A DNA stretch of 64,000 bases from Diplonema japonicum (GCA_964019335.1 OZ025651.1:372001-436000); one strand, 5' to 3'; positions 10,988 to 23,146 are shown, counted from the first letter of the stretch. Program-made: numbers and translations. The notes: generated by a model not told the origin, from the sequence alone.

Positions 10988-11857
10988 TCACACCCTGTCG
11001 TGAGACGGGTCATGTTTTTCGCCCACAATACCAGCTGTTTCCAAGATATACCGGTCCACCTCGTGGCCCATGACGGCAGCCCGGTCGACCTTCCGGGAGC
11101 TATCGACAGAAGCATCACGGGACCCGATCCTCCGCTGAAATGTTTCATAGTGGCCGGCTGTTCCGACTCCATACACAGCGATACTCTGCACATGCACCTC
11201 AGGGTCATGAGAAAGAGGGACCGAGCAGTCGTAGTCAGGGTGATGCTCGAGGATAGCACAGGACTGCATATTGGAAGCGATTTGCAAAGGCCCGAGGTTA
11301 AGGTCACTTGGAACAGCAGTCGGGTTGGTGAGGTGCTGGATGACAAGTTTACGTCCAGACGCGGAAAATACAAATGGGACCGAACCAGGTTTCCACTTTG
11401 GATTGCAGATTGAAGGCCATGACACAACCAATGCGCCCAAAGTGCCTATCGGCAGGTTCAAGACAATTACCGTGTGAGCAGGGTATAGTCCTACCGTGGA
11501 AAGTAGGTTTGATTTGTTCAAACCACTTGTCTCTGAGTCGTATAGCTTCTTCCATTCAGATGATGGTCCTGGGATGTACCACCTTAAGTTTTGTAGTCCT
11601 GGTGCTGTTTGGTCGCTGGGCTCGTTTGAGAGACCTATGCACCGCCCCCTCCACCACCACTGCACGCCTTTTGCTCTTCCGCCGCCTACGACGCACGGCG
11701 GCGGTACAGCGAACCATCTTGCGAATTCCTTGTAGCTCATGCCTACCTTCTCCTTCCCCTCCTTCTTGAAGTACTCGAAGGCTGCGTTCTCCGCCTCCGT
11801 GTCCACGCTCACATCTTTCGGCCATTCCAGCTTCGTTTTTCCATTTTGAGCTCCCAT
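10988..11857 (-). CDS. TLDc-domain protein with probable N-myristoylation (MEAK7/TLDC1-like)
   Basis: Starts MGAQNGK; WKKLYDSETSGLN, GAL..W, PFVFS, IAVYGVG are TLDc-type motifs. Confidence 0.7.
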   Translation of the reverse strand: MGAQNGKTKLEWPKDVSVDTEAENAAFEYFKKEGKEKVGMSYKEFARWFAVPPPCVVGGGRAKGVQWWWRGRCIGLSNEPSDQTAPGLQNLRWYIPGPSSEWKKLYDSETSGLNKSNLLSTVGLYPAHTVIVLNLPIGTLGALVVSWPSICNPKWKPGSVPFVFSASGRKLVIQHLTNPTAVPSDLNLGPLQIASNMQSCAILEHHPDYDCSVPLSHDPEVHVQSIAVYGVGTAGHYETFQRRIGSRDASVDSSRKVDRAAVMGHEVDRYILETAGIVGEKHDPSHDRV

Positions 11858-12040
11858 TGTGTGGCTGTTCGTGTTTGTAAACAAATAAGGGAACGGGGGG
11901 GGGGGGGATTTCTTATAAAAAAAGGGGGTGGGTAATGGGGTATAGCTACACACTTAAAAAAGGAAGTTAGTCTTCAAAAAAAAAAAAAACCTCTCTTTTT
12001 TTTCATTTTTTATCTGCGTTCAAAACAATAAAAAATCTCT

Positions 12041-12078
<38 letters not shown>

Positions 12079-12179
12079 GCTAACGAGCTAACAAATAAGA
12101 AGCACACTTTAAAAAGGAATAAGAAAAGAGAGCGTGACACTAGCGGACGTAGCGTCAAGGCCATGGTGGACTTAGGAGG

Positions 12180-12843
12180 CTAACGCGGCTGCTGCTGCTG
12201 CTGAATGCCCTGCCCTTGCTGGACTCCTTGCTGGTTGGTGCCCTGCTGATAGTTAGCCCCTTGTTGGTAGTTCTGGTATTGGCCCTGGTTGGGCTGCTGG
12301 TACTGCTGGTTGTTTTGGTACTGACCCTGGTTGGGCTGCTGGTACTGCTGATTGTTCTGGTACTGACCCTGGTTGGGTTGCTGGTACTGGCCCTGCTGAT
12401 TGTTCTGGTACTGACCCTGATTGGGCTGCTGGTACTGGCCTTGATTGGGTTGCTGGTACTGTCCCTGTCCCTGGCCTTGGCCCTGGTTGGGCTGCTGGTA
12501 TCTGTTGTTCGCGTTGTACTGCTGGTTTTGCTGGTACCCCTGCTGGTTTTGCTGGTTTTGCTGGTCCTGAATGTGCTGCTGGTAGTCCGCGTTGTTGTTG
12601 ACGGTGTTTGGGGGTCTCTGCTGCTGCATGTTGGGCTGACCCTGCGGCTGCTGGTTGGGCTGCGGCTGCGTGTTGGGCTGACCCTGCGGCTGCGTGTTGG
12701 GCTGGTTCACATTGTTGATGGCCTCTTTCTCTGCGTTCTGCACAGGGACCACGTTGGGCGAAGCCTGCGTGGGGGGCGTCAGCGGAACTCCTGCACCGGG
12801 TTCAGTTGCTTTGTCCTGAGGAATAGGCTGCTGCTGCTGCTGC

Positions 12844-12877
<34 letters not shown>

Positions 12878-14140
12878 GCTGCTGTTGCTGCTGCTGCTGT
12901 TGTTGTTGCTGTTCCTGTTTACGCTGTTCTTCCTGCTTTCTCAGTTCCTGCTGGTGCTGCTCACTAGGCTGCTGCTGCCTCGCTTGGGCGTGCTGCTGCA
13001 TGGCTTCGTCCTGCTTCCTAATCTGCTCTAGTTTCTTCATCTCCATCTCCTTCTTCTCCTGTAATTCGTTCTCCCTTTCTGGTTAACACAACATACCATC
13101 TCGTCATTGCGCTTCTGGCGATCGGCATCACGGGCCGCTTTCTCCTCATCAATCTTGCGCTGCTTTGCGGCCTCTTCTGCGGCCTTCTCCTCTGGGGTCT
13201 TGGAACGCCAGTACTCCTTGTGTTCGTTGTCAAGGTGCGGGTTGTGGATGGGGTGGTGCTCGTCAGGACCGTCGTCACTGATGTGTATGCCCTGCGCAGG
13301 GGTCACCACCATGCTGTGGATGTCTTGGTTGTCAGCGAGGTGCCCAGTGGTGGCAGTAACCCCGAAGTACCACCCTAGCGGGAGGTCGATCTCGACAGAG
13401 GCACCGCAGTAGGTCTCGGGGCCGTTCCCTGTTGACAGCCACACCTCCACGATCTTGTTTTTGTACTGAACACGGGCGTTCACCACCTTTTTTTTTTTCT
13501 TTTTCCCCCCCTCTTGTCCCCCCCCTCAAACTCCATACATCAGTGACGGCAGTGTTGCGGAACTGATAAACGCATCGCAGAAGACCCTCGTGCAGAAGAT
13601 CGTTGTTGGTGTTCCACACACGGTTTTCACCACCGTTCTGTAATTATAAATTTTTTTTTTCTTTTTCTTTTTCCCCTCCCCTTCTTGTACCTTCAACAGA
13701 GTGACACTGGGGTTGTCCTGCGAACCATCGTTGTCGTAGGTGTCGAAGATGAGGGCGATCCCGTTAAAGTTGGAGGGCGAGCCCCAAAGGTCTCCGACAG
13801 TTTTCACAGGGTTCTCAACGTACCAGAAGGCGATGCCGTCGGCACCTGGTGAGCGGGGCCCGTGGATGCGGAAGCCCATAACAACCTGCCACTGAGGAAT
13901 GTTGTTGGGCTCGTCATTCCATAGCCACCCGTCTCGGCTTTGTTTGTCGGGTGTAAGCCGCACATAGTTGTCAGTCACTACAGTGTCGCCACCAAAGTCC
14001 CAGTAAGGAATTCCCCCCTGCCACCAATCCTGAATAAACGGAGGGGTCAGCGAATGATGATGAATAACTTCCTGCTCATAGGCTGACCACTCACAACTAG
14101 CCTGCGCCACCAACACTGCAACGGCAGCTAACCTCGCCAT
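12180..14140 (-). CDS. L-type lectin (ERGIC-53/VIP36-like domain) with coiled coil and Q/N/G/Y-rich C-terminus (4 exons; introns 13638-13690, 13487-13538, 13059-13096)
   Basis: Signal peptide MARLAAVAVLVAQASC; HSLTPPF, WDFGG, VRLTP, GADGIAFWY, FDTYDND, YFGVTATTGHLADNQD. Three GT-AG introns join four ORF pieces in frame. Confidence 0.85.
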
Positions 14141-14223
14141 CTTTTCAGCAGCTGCGGATAAATGTGATTCCATTTTGTTTGACAAAACGGAAAAAGGAAG
14201 AATGAGAACTAAAAGTAACAGTA

Positions 14224-14254
<31 letters not shown>

Positions 14255-14610
14255 GAGAGAGAGAGAAAAAAAAAGAAAGGTAGACAGAGAGAGAGAGAGA
14301 GCGAGAGAGTGCGTGTGTGCGGGAGAGAAAGTATAAAAAGAAACAACAAAAGAAAAAAAAAAGAAAACAACGCATTAATTGTAGGGGGGGGGGGGGGCTT
14401 TTCCCCCCCCCTCCCTCCTCTGTTTCTAGTTTACTATTTAAATGCAAAACGTAGGAAATAATTCTTTTTTTTGTTTTTAAAAGTATCACTACTTTTATTT
14501 TTTTAAAAGGCTTCCCTTGTTCCATCCCGTTATTAAAAAAAAGTTTCTTTTCATGGGAGAGAAGTGCTTACAGCGCTGCCAAACAAAAAAAAAAAAAAAA
14601 AAAAAAAAAA

Positions 14611-14655
14611 GAGGCATTTAAGGGTACCTGCGGTAGTGGCAGGACGCCTTGGTGG
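14611..14655 (-). mobile_element. ~45-nt 3'-terminal mini-copy of the SINE-like family
   Basis: Minus strand GGCGTCCTGCCACTACCGCAGGTACCCTTAAATGCCTC resembles the 3' end of the 62294-62577 copy; flanked by T-tracts. Confidence 0.65.
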
Positions 14656-15084
14656 AAAAAAAAAGCACAAAACATTGACCACAAAGATACTATCGGCAGC
14701 TTTTTCTTCTTTTTTCTTTTTTTTTTTTTTCTCTTGAGAGGAAATATACGAGTGAATAAAATAAATAAATAAAAAAAAACAAAAATAAATAAAAACCCTT
14801 CCCTTACGTTAGCAATTTTTCCTTCTTCTTCTTCATCTTGTTCTCTTTTTCTTTTTCTTTTTTTTTTTTCCGTCTGCTTCTTTTTTCTCTTCTATTCGAT
14901 GATAAAACTGGTTTCTCTCCCTCTCTTACTCTCCCCCTCCCCCTTTCTCTTATTTCTTCTTCTTCTTACCAACAAGCCAGAACACAGAAAGATCTCAGGG
15001 CACTCTGGAAGACACCTGAAGATATGAAGGGGTGGGACATGTGATCTGCAACAGAACAAAAAAAAAAAAAGAAGAAAAAAAACC

Positions 15085-16048
15085 CTACAGCCCAACAAAG
15101 GGAGGTGACTGTTCCGCGTCGTTCAGTGTAGGGGTAGGAGGCGATTCTTCTATAACGCCTGCATCGAGGAGGTCGTTGCCAAGTTTGGTGAGTTCTCTGG
15201 AGTTTTTCTTTGTGGGAAAAAAAAAAAAATATATGAGTTAAAGGAGGCCGGTGTTGGCGGCGCCCTGCACAAGAACTGTCTACTTGATTACAGGGGGCGC
15301 GCCGCGGCCGAGTTGTAGCTTCTTCTGCGTTCCGCGTCGTGTCCTTAATGCATGCGGTGTACAGCTCAACCCCAGCCGGTGCGTCCCGGGTAACCAAGAT
15401 TCTGCGCTCGTGCAGTTTGCTGCCTGTTCGTCACCCTGAGCATCTGCATTATGTTCTTCCACTCGGGCGCTACCGGTGATGACCGACGAGGAGGTCAACA
15501 GCGAACAACACATCTGATGTTTCTCTTACATTCTCATGTTATCCCCACCACCTGGCAAAAAAAAAAAAAAAAAAACTGCAAACATACCGCCTTCGGTCCG
15601 ACATTGACCGTCCAGTAAGCCTTCGTGAAACAGGGGTAGCAACGGGGATGATCTCTGGTGACTCAAGCGAGCCTGTAGAAGCGTTATCAGAGATGTTTTG
15701 GTCAGGGTTGTGGACAGCAGCGCCTAGAGGCGAGTCGCTGTTTTGTTTCATGGTAGCTTCAAGCCTAGAGCTGCCTCCCGAAGCAGCGCACGCTACAGTC
15801 TGGTTCAGTGTGGACTGCCAAAACTGGTTCCCTGTTCCCGATTCGCTCCCCCGCCGGCTCCTCTGTCCCGCCTCTTTTCTCTCCTTGTAAGCAATCGACC
15901 CGATTTTTCTGTGGTGATTGATCTCCCTACCCGCCACGCATTTCGAATATCCACCCGCCACCACTCCAAACAACAAGCTTTCGCCCCCATTAAGCGCAGC
16001 AATATTAGCTAGCCAACAACACGCAGGTGACTCCACCACGACTTCCAT
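15085..16048 (-). CDS. Hypothetical protein; intron 15197-15587 contains a SINE-like insertion; 3' end uncertain
   Basis: ORF from ATG 16048 to a GTATGT donor at 15587; CAG acceptor at 15197 continues the frame (RRR|ELTKLGNDLLDAGV..). Confidence 0.45.
15230..15556 (-). mobile_element. ~330-bp SINE-like interspersed repeat, copy 1 (intronic)
   Basis: Homologous to 40694-41011 (inverted) and 62294-62577; flanked by homopolymer tracts on both sides. Confidence 0.85.
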
Positions 16049-16327
16049 TTGGGTACAAAGAGTATGAAGGCAAGTTGTGTGTGGGGTGGGGGTGCCCTTT
16101 CTTTTTAATATCATTCGCGGTAACTTTTAAGGAGGGGGTGTTAAGACATACTAGGGAAGGGGGTAGGAATAGTTTTTTTTTTCCTTCTTTTCTTTTGTAC
16201 TGTTGCATTTTATTCTACACAGGAAGGGGGGATTTTTAAAAAAAGAAAACGGAGGGGGGGGGCGGGGGTCACAACACCAAAGAAGGAGAAAAAAAAAAGA
16301 GAAACAAAACAGTAACAAAAAGTAAGG

Positions 16328-18125
16328 TTAAATCTCCTTCACCCACTCGTAAGCCCCCGCGAACCGATCAGCCTGTAAAAAAAAAAAAAAACAAAAAATT
16401 ATTTTCCATTGAAAAAAAAACAACCCCCCACAAATACCATCTGGGCGAAAAATTTGATACCAACTATCGCTTCACTCATAAAAGTAATTGAGTAGCGGAG
16501 CTCCTTGATGCTGGCCTATGGGGAAAAAAAAGTTTAAAAAAAAAAAATACACATACAGATCTGCCTGACTTGAACAGACACCGAAGCTCTTTTACATTGC
16601 TGAGGAGATCAGAAGCATCTTGGGACCCAATGATTGTTGAAAGCGCCTTTTTGAGCTCATCTTTCGTGACCTCTGACTTGTTGTTACACAAGACACGGAT
16701 CAACAGTTCTGAGATGGCGGTGAGGTCCTGCGAGACTATTACTTTATCGATTAGCTGAATGATGGCTTCGTACGCGGCAAGACTGGACCCTTGCGCGACC
16801 AATGCCCAGATTGTATTTGTTGTATAAGCCGACCGAAGGAAGCGAACAATTGGAACACCGAAGAGGCTGTAGAAATCGCTTTGTTGCAGAGCAGCTGTTT
16901 GCCCGTCCTCGTCGGGAAGCCCAGCCAGGCTTTTGATAGCGCCTTCACCGAAGAGCCTTGTTAGCAAGTCCTGAAGCTGGGTTTGTGTTAAACCGCTGTT
17001 TTTTCTTCCCATTTTCATCATGACCCTGGTAACGACTTCCAAGCCTTCGTCAGAGATGCTTAGAACGCGAGGTGGTTGCCATTTGAAGGAATCCAGGGTG
17101 CCCGACCCGAAACTGGTAGAGTCCTCGAAGCAGTTCTGGATGACAACGTCGATTTCCGTCCCGCCGTAGGGATTGTAGTCATAGATGGACGCTCCTGAAA
17201 CAGGAACAATGACAATTCGTTCGTTTTCTATTGCGAACGATATGTCTGGTGACGCTGTGCCCCATACCTCCCCGCCCCCGATGGCGCCGTGGCAACCGAA
17301 GGAGAAGTTAAACCCGCATAGTTCCGGGTCGCTCGTTGTTATCAAACAGGTTCCTTTGCTGTACGCACCGTCGCAGCCCGGGAGAAGCGTGTTGAACGTG
17401 TGCCACTTCATCTTCAACTCCCCTGGCGCACCGTCGTTCTGCGAGATCAACGCCTTCCCAAGACACCCACTGTATGTTGTGTACAGTATAATATGCTCCT
17501 TCGTCGGGGGTAGCACAACGGGTTTGTTGCTAAACGGTGAGCAGTATATAAACCCTGATGGGATGCCTTCAAACTCGCTATACCGATCCCATTGTACTCC
17601 AAGTGGCAACGAAGCTGCGGTGATATCTGGTAAGGGTAGCGATGGGGCGTCTGGCTCAGACGAGGTATCGCTTGCATTGGACGATACGAGAACCTGTTTT
17701 CGAAGACGGGGCTGCGCGCCGAGCGTTCCAAAACCACGTTCCGAACCGGAGCTGCTGTCGTAGGCAAACGACCTGCCCGCGATGCCCATAACAGGGGATT
17801 CTTCTGCTTCGGATGTGTTGTCTCTGACCATTGCACGGATGCCCTGTTGTATAGGCCTTTTCGAGGCTTGGTTTTTCGCACGTTCTCGATTTTGTTGCCG
17901 TCTTTCTCTGTCGTCAGTGTCGTAGTCATCGTCGCTGCTGTGTATGCTTGCGGGGGGTGGCTTCTTGCCTATGTTTGCGGTCACGTCGCCCAGGTCCATC
18001 CCTGGCAGGTCTACATCGCTTTCGCTGTCGTCGAAGTTGTGTTTCGCACTCGACTCCACCTCGCTGCCTGTGTCTCCTTCGTGCCGAAACCCGTCTTCGT
18101 CCGAGCTCGAGTCGTCGAACTGCAT
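16328..18125 (-). CDS. Hypothetical protein with acidic/Ser-rich N-terminus (introns 16516-16556, 16373-16437)
   Basis: Long ORF from ATG 18125; two GT-AG introns extend the frame to TAA at 16328 (..GRS|ASIKELRY..FAQM|ADRFAGAYEWVKEI*). Confidence 0.7.
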
Positions 18126-18506
18126 ATTCTTTCTCCTCCTTTTCCTTCCCCCGTGTACACTATAGTGCGGGTTTTTTTTTTTTTTTCTTTTTTTTTTATT
18201 GTCAATACCTGCCAAAGGAAGGCAATCTATTCAGAAGACTAAAAAAAAAATAAACACGTGAGCGTGAAAACGAGGAGGGGGGGGGGGGGGGAGAGAGTAT
18301 TTCATTTTTTTATTATTCTCTGCTTTTTTCTTTTTCTTTCTTGTGGATCTCCCTTGGGCAACTAATAAAAAAAGGGGGGGGGGGGAAGGAAAGGAAAAAA
18401 AAAAGGGAGGAAAAAAAAAAAAAAAAAAAACCACACGCTTGTCACAGTAAAATAAAAAGGAAAGAAAACCATTTGGAAAAAGCCGAGGTAATGTGTGTTG
18501 GTTCCT

Positions 18507-20195
18507 CTATGCGGTCTGCTTGTAGTAGTACGAGGCGGCAACCGGAATGCCGACGAGGACTCCGAGCTTGGCGATCTGGGCAAAAACCCAGGGGAGGTTG
18601 GAAGACTGGATTGAGGAATCGACTGTCCAGGGGACGAACATCTTGGGAGCCGCAAAAGAAAGAGTGGCGACGAGGCCAGAGATGCGGTCTCCGATAGACC
18701 TGGGGGCAACGAAGTTGATGGCCCCGAGCATGCCGCTGACAGTGCCTGTCTGGGGGAACCACCAGATATCACGGGGGATGAGCTTGGAGGGGAGCATCTC
18801 GTAGTTAATAGCCTTGGCGTTGGACATCTCGTGGAGCCCCTGCTCGCCGTGGGTCCTGCCAAGCCCAGACAGCTTCCACCCACCCCATGGGGTTTCAGCG
18901 CAACCGTGCGTGTACAGGTGATCATTCAGAGTGGTTATACCTGTTTCAATCCTCTCCGCAACCTCCCTGCCAAGCTTCGTGTTCTCAGTCCACACAGAGC
19001 TGGTCAGAGCCAGGTCGCTGTCGTTTGCCATCTTGATGGCGTCGTCGACAGTCTCGAAGGGTACCAAAGGAATGATGGGCCCGAAGGTCTCTTCCTTCAT
19101 GATAAGCATGTCGTCCGTCGCGTTCGTGATGAGCGTAGCAGGGACGAACAAACCCTTCGAAGTGTCACCGACAGCTGTCGACTGAGCAGCGATGGTGGCG
19201 CCCTTCGCCACCGCGTCCTGCAAATGCTCCTCGACAACTACCTTCTGCTTCTTTGTCGAAATCGCACCGATGTCCGCGTCCGTCGTCGTAGGGTCGCCGT
19301 GCTTCAGTGCCGTCGTCTTGGCCACCATCAGCGCAAGGAACTTGTCATAAATCTTCTTCGCCACGTACACCCTCTCCACCCCACCGCAAGACTGTCCTGC
19401 GTTCTGGAAACCCGCCCACAGGATACCGTTTGACGCCCTCTCCAGGTCCGCGTCTTCCAGCACGACAGCAGGGTCGTTCCCGCCAAGTTCAAGCGACAGA
19501 GGAGTCAGGGTTTCCGATGCATCCTTCATGAGCGTCTTCCCAACAGGGACTGACCCGGTGAAGAAGATCTTGTTGATCCCATTCTCGAACATGAGCTTGG
19601 AGCACTGGCTCCCCCTCAGAACCACATGCTTGAAAAGCCCATCGGGCAGCTCGCCTGCCAGGATGCACTCCTCGATGAACTGTCCGACGAGAACCGACTC
19701 TGTCGCGACCTTAAGCAGCACAGAGTTCCCCGCCATGAGCCCCATGATGACCTCACCGAAGGGGATCGAGAAGGGGTAGTTCCAGGGGGAGATAATCCCC
19801 ACAACACCAACAGGCACGTGCTGCACGGTGTTGGACTTGTTGGCGAACAGGAGGTGTCCACCACCGATCGACTTAGGCCCCAGGACCTTCTCCGCAGAGG
19901 ATGCGTACCAGTCGATGGCCATCAGACAGGGCAGGATCTCCGTCTGCAGAGCATCCGCCAAAGTCTTCCCGTTCGACTCCGAGATGATCTTCGCACCCCT
20001 TTCAGCATTGGCAGCCAGGTAGCTCTTTATCTTGTAGCAGCACTTCGCCCTCTGCTTGAACGACATCTTCCTCCAGGTCAGTTGCGCCTCGCGTGCTTTC
20101 TTGAAGATTGCGGGGACCTCCTCGCTGGCAGTCATGGCAACCTTGTCGGGCAGCTCCTGCATCGTGGCAGGGTTGGTGGTGGCGACGAACGTCAT
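18507..20195 (-). CDS. NAD(P)-dependent aldehyde dehydrogenase with C-terminal hydrophobic anchor
   Basis: ISPWNYP, FTGS, LELGG, catalytic Cys in NAGQSCGG, EETFGP, PWGGWKLSGLG; C-terminal hydrophobic segment. Confidence 0.95.
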   Translation of the reverse strand: MTFVATTNPATMQELPDKVAMTASEEVPAIFKKAREAQLTWRKMSFKQRAKCCYKIKSYLAANAERGAKIISESNGKTLADALQTEILPCLMAIDWYASSAEKVLGPKSIGGGHLLFANKSNTVQHVPVGVVGIISPWNYPFSIPFGEVIMGLMAGNSVLLKVATESVLVGQFIEECILAGELPDGLFKHVVLRGSQCSKLMFENGINKIFFTGSVPVGKTLMKDASETLTPLSLELGGNDPAVVLEDADLERASNGILWAGFQNAGQSCGGVERVYVAKKIYDKFLALMVAKTTALKHGDPTTTDADIGAISTKKQKVVVEEHLQDAVAKGATIAAQSTAVGDTSKGLFVPATLITNATDDMLIMKEETFGPIIPLVPFETVDDAIKMANDSDLALTSSVWTENTKLGREVAERIETGITTLNDHLYTHGCAETPWGGWKLSGLGRTHGEQGLHEMSNAKAINYEMLPSKLIPRDIWWFPQTGTVSGMLGAINFVAPRSIGDRISGLVATLSFAAPKMFVPWTVDSSIQSSNLPWVFAQIAKLGVLVGIPVAASYYYKQTA

Positions 20196-20275
20196 GTTTG
20201 CTTTTTGATCACCTGCTGTGCTGGGATAACGGAGCTTTCACTTTGAAAAAGGGAAGGGTTAAAAAGAAAAGTAGA

Positions 20276-22915
20276 TTATTCCGTCCTGGTTCGTTTGTTG
20301 CGATGGATCTCAAGGGCGATGCCCTCCGCGTCGGTTCGTTGGTAGTAATGGGGAACAGCTTCGAGAAGCCATTTTGGAGATACTCGGGACACCGTACGGA
20401 CCCACTCTTTGGTGGTGTGGTAGACGTCTTGGTATAAAATGTGCTGCGGGGCTGATGAAGAATATCCAGTGGCTGCGAAGAGGGCCGAGGACGGGTGGAT
20501 GTGGACAATGGATGCATTCGCCAAAGTGGTGTACGTGGGCATAGCCGTATCAGAGGTGAGTGAGGCGACCTTGTCGTAAAGGCCGGTGCACAGGAGACGG
20601 AGGAGCTCCTCTGGGGTGGGTTTTGTTTGTTTCTGGGGCTTCCTGAAGGGGAGGAGCAGCCTGAGAAGCTGCCCCTTCGCATCGTCACATGTCCGCATGC
20701 ACCTCCCAGACACGAAGTTCGCTCTGCACCACTCCACAGACTTCCCTGCTTCGGTCCATGCCTCATATACACGCAGCATCGTTACGTGATCTCCTGTTTT
20801 ATCGTCGAAACGCCGTTTGGCTTCATCTGCTGCCTCCTGCATGCCCTTCGGTCTTACAAAGGGCTGGTGCTGTGTGGTCGCCATGGCTAGTACCGTTGTC
20901 ACAGCTTCTGCATGTCCCTCGTCATTCCCCGCTAGAAGTATCTTCGCCATGTGCGGCTCCAACGGGAACCCCACAGCGTCCCTCCCATGCAATGTGATCC
21001 GCCCACTCGTGTCCAGCATCCCCAAGCTGTAGCAACGAAGCAACGCGGATGCCAACACCTTCTCGTCAGGGGGGTCCATGAAGTCCAAACCGTTCACATC
21101 CACACCCATCGCTGCCAATGTCAGCACCATGCTGGAGAGATCTGTGCGCTGTATTTCAGGGAGGGATGCCTGCAGGAGGCCATTATAAGTAGCCTCGGTG
21201 TACAGGCGGTATACAATCCCCGGTTGCGTCCTGCCTGCTCGACCTGCACGCTGGTCTGCTGACTGCTTTGAAATAGGCACCACAGACAGCGTCTCTGCCC
21301 CAGCTTCGCAGTCGTATACGCGCTGCTTGGCGTACCCTGTGTCCACAACGAACACGACACCAGGCAGCGTGACACTGGCTTCCGCGATGTTTGTCGAGAA
21401 CACGATTTTTCGAATGCCCCTCCCGCCCTCTAGGGAAGCCTTTTGCTGATCGAAGCTCATTGCTGCGTAAAGCGGGAGAGGCTTCGCAGGCAAACCACGC
21501 AGTTCATGTTCAACGTCTTTGTACATTTCAGCAAACTTCTCGACAGCCCACTCGATCTCGTCTACGCCCGTGAGGAACACAAGCACATCCCCATGGGAAT
21601 CTTTCGCCTCTTTGCATATCTGAATGGCGGTGTCTACAGCTTCTAAAGGGTAGCTTGAGATCAGCTCCTGCGAGTGGAAGGTCTGGATGGGGTGGGTCCG
21701 TCCGGGGATGGTCAGGAGGGGAGCGTGGTTGAAGTAGGTGCAGAATTTAAGCCTGTTGAGCGTGGCAGAAGCGATGATGATACGGAGGTCGGGGCGGGAG
21801 GGGGAGGTGATGAGCTTCTTCAGTAGAGCGAAGAGAAGGTCGGTATTAGTGGTGCGTTCGTGTGCCTCATCGATCATGACCACATGATAGTTGTCAAGCG
21901 TAGGGCGCGACAGGATCTCTCGCAACAACACACCATCTGTTACGTACTTCACCCGTGTCCGCCTTCTGTCCACACAGTCGCCAAACCTCACAGAATACCC
22001 AACTACCCCACCTAGCCCACCACCCATTTCCCTCGCAACGAATTTTGCTGCCTCCACCGCTGCAACACGCCTGGGCTGCGCCACGACAACCGACCGGTAC
22101 CCATCCCCAATAAGGTACTGCGGTATCTTAGTGGTCTTCCCGCACCCTGTCTCGCCCTCTATCACGAGCACCCGCTGTGCTTTTATCAGTGATAGGAACT
22201 CAGCTTTCAGGTCTTCTATGGGAAGCCTCTCCCGTGCCTCCGTCTTGTAGTACACCCCGCCTGTTCCCGGTGCATCAGCTGGCGTTGCCGCCTCCGCAGG
22301 CTTGCTCTTCCTCGACATTTCTTTTCGAAGAAGGTCTGAAGCAGTTCTACCCGCGCGCAGCATACTACGGTAGGCAGGCGTGTGCCCAGCACGTGCCGAG
22401 GGGGGTTTAGGAGCTGTTTTGATGAAAGAAGGGAGACTGTCAAGGTCCGGAGTGCGTTGAATGGTCCAGTGAGGGCACCACGTAGAGGGGGGGAAAGGAT
22501 CTGCGGCGTGTGCAGGTGCAGGGGCCAATGATAAATGGTTTTGGATCCATTCATCCGCTTCTTCGGAAGCTTCTGCAATAGAAAAGCAGACAGGAGGGAG
22601 AGTGGCCGTGGGCTGCACGGCCGGCTCTTCGACTACCGCTGCTTCCGGTTCTTGGTTTTCCTTTTCTGGCGCTTTTTCGGGCATCGCGTCTGCCACCTTT
22701 TTCACACGCTCGTACACCTCACGTGCCATCGTTTCATCAGTGTCTGGGTCCTCTTCCACCAGCCTCTCCCTGAACTCATTATAGCTTTCAATGTACTTCG
22801 CTGCTAGTTCTACGACGAACTCGGCCACCACACCTACCAGCTCTTCGTCATGTCCTTCCAATGCCTTAGCCACTACCGGGAGTGCTGCCTGCAGCATCTC
22901 CGCAGTGGGTTTCAT
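20276..22915 (-). CDS. DEAH-box spliceosomal RNA helicase, Prp22/DHX8-like
   Basis: GETGCGKTT, QPRRVAA, DEAH, SAT, TNIAEAS, QRAGRAGRT, HA2/OB region (GDHVTMLRVYEAW, HIHPSS, TTKEW). Confidence 0.9.
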   Translation of the reverse strand: MKPTAEMLQAALPVVAKALEGHDEELVGVVAEFVVELAAKYIESYNEFRERLVEEDPDTDETMAREVYERVKKVADAMPEKAPEKENQEPEAAVVEEPAVQPTATLPPVCFSIAEASEEADEWIQNHLSLAPAPAHAADPFPPSTWCPHWTIQRTPDLDSLPSFIKTAPKPPSARAGHTPAYRSMLRAGRTASDLLRKEMSRKSKPAEAATPADAPGTGGVYYKTEARERLPIEDLKAEFLSLIKAQRVLVIEGETGCGKTTKIPQYLIGDGYRSVVVAQPRRVAAVEAAKFVAREMGGGLGGVVGYSVRFGDCVDRRRTRVKYVTDGVLLREILSRPTLDNYHVVMIDEAHERTTNTDLLFALLKKLITSPSRPDLRIIIASATLNRLKFCTYFNHAPLLTIPGRTHPIQTFHSQELISSYPLEAVDTAIQICKEAKDSHGDVLVFLTGVDEIEWAVEKFAEMYKDVEHELRGLPAKPLPLYAAMSFDQQKASLEGGRGIRKIVFSTNIAEASVTLPGVVFVVDTGYAKQRVYDCEAGAETLSVVPISKQSADQRAGRAGRTQPGIVYRLYTEATYNGLLQASLPEIQRTDLSSMVLTLAAMGVDVNGLDFMDPPDEKVLASALLRCYSLGMLDTSGRITLHGRDAVGFPLEPHMAKILLAGNDEGHAEAVTTVLAMATTQHQPFVRPKGMQEAADEAKRRFDDKTGDHVTMLRVYEAWTEAGKSVEWCRANFVSGRCMRTCDDAKGQLLRLLLPFRKPQKQTKPTPEELLRLLCTGLYDKVASLTSDTAMPTYTTLANASIVHIHPSSALFAATGYSSSAPQHILYQDVYHTTKEWVRTVSRVSPKWLLEAVPHYYQRTDAEGIALEIHRNKRTRTE

Positions 22916-23106
22916 CAGACAGCGTGTGTGGCCTATGAAAGATGTTGTCTTGTTGTGAAGAATAAAAAAACCAAAAAGAAAAAAAAAGAACGAGAGAGAG
23001 GAAAAGATACCTGGCCGCTATTTGGTTTTTTAATAACGTTGCCCCCCCCCCCCCCCCCCCCCCACCAGTAAAGAATATTGAACGAAAAGAAAGTAGAAAA
23101 AAAAAA

Positions 23107-23146
23107 GATGTCTTTGAGGGAACCTGCGTGTGACAGGATCGCCTAC
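23107..23146 (-). mobile_element. ~40-nt mini-copy of the SINE-like 3' end
   Basis: Near-identical to 56236-56280; between A-tracts on the + strand. Confidence 0.65.

Noticed and set aside
11635-11707. Possible GC-rich intron with an 8-bp hairpin in the TLDc gene
   Set aside because: The best AG acceptor causes a frameshift to a stop, and the frame is open without splicing.
12216-13031. Plus-strand Leu/Val-rich ORF and other plus-strand ORFs
   Set aside because: Antisense shadows of minus-strand genes (here the Gln-rich exon).
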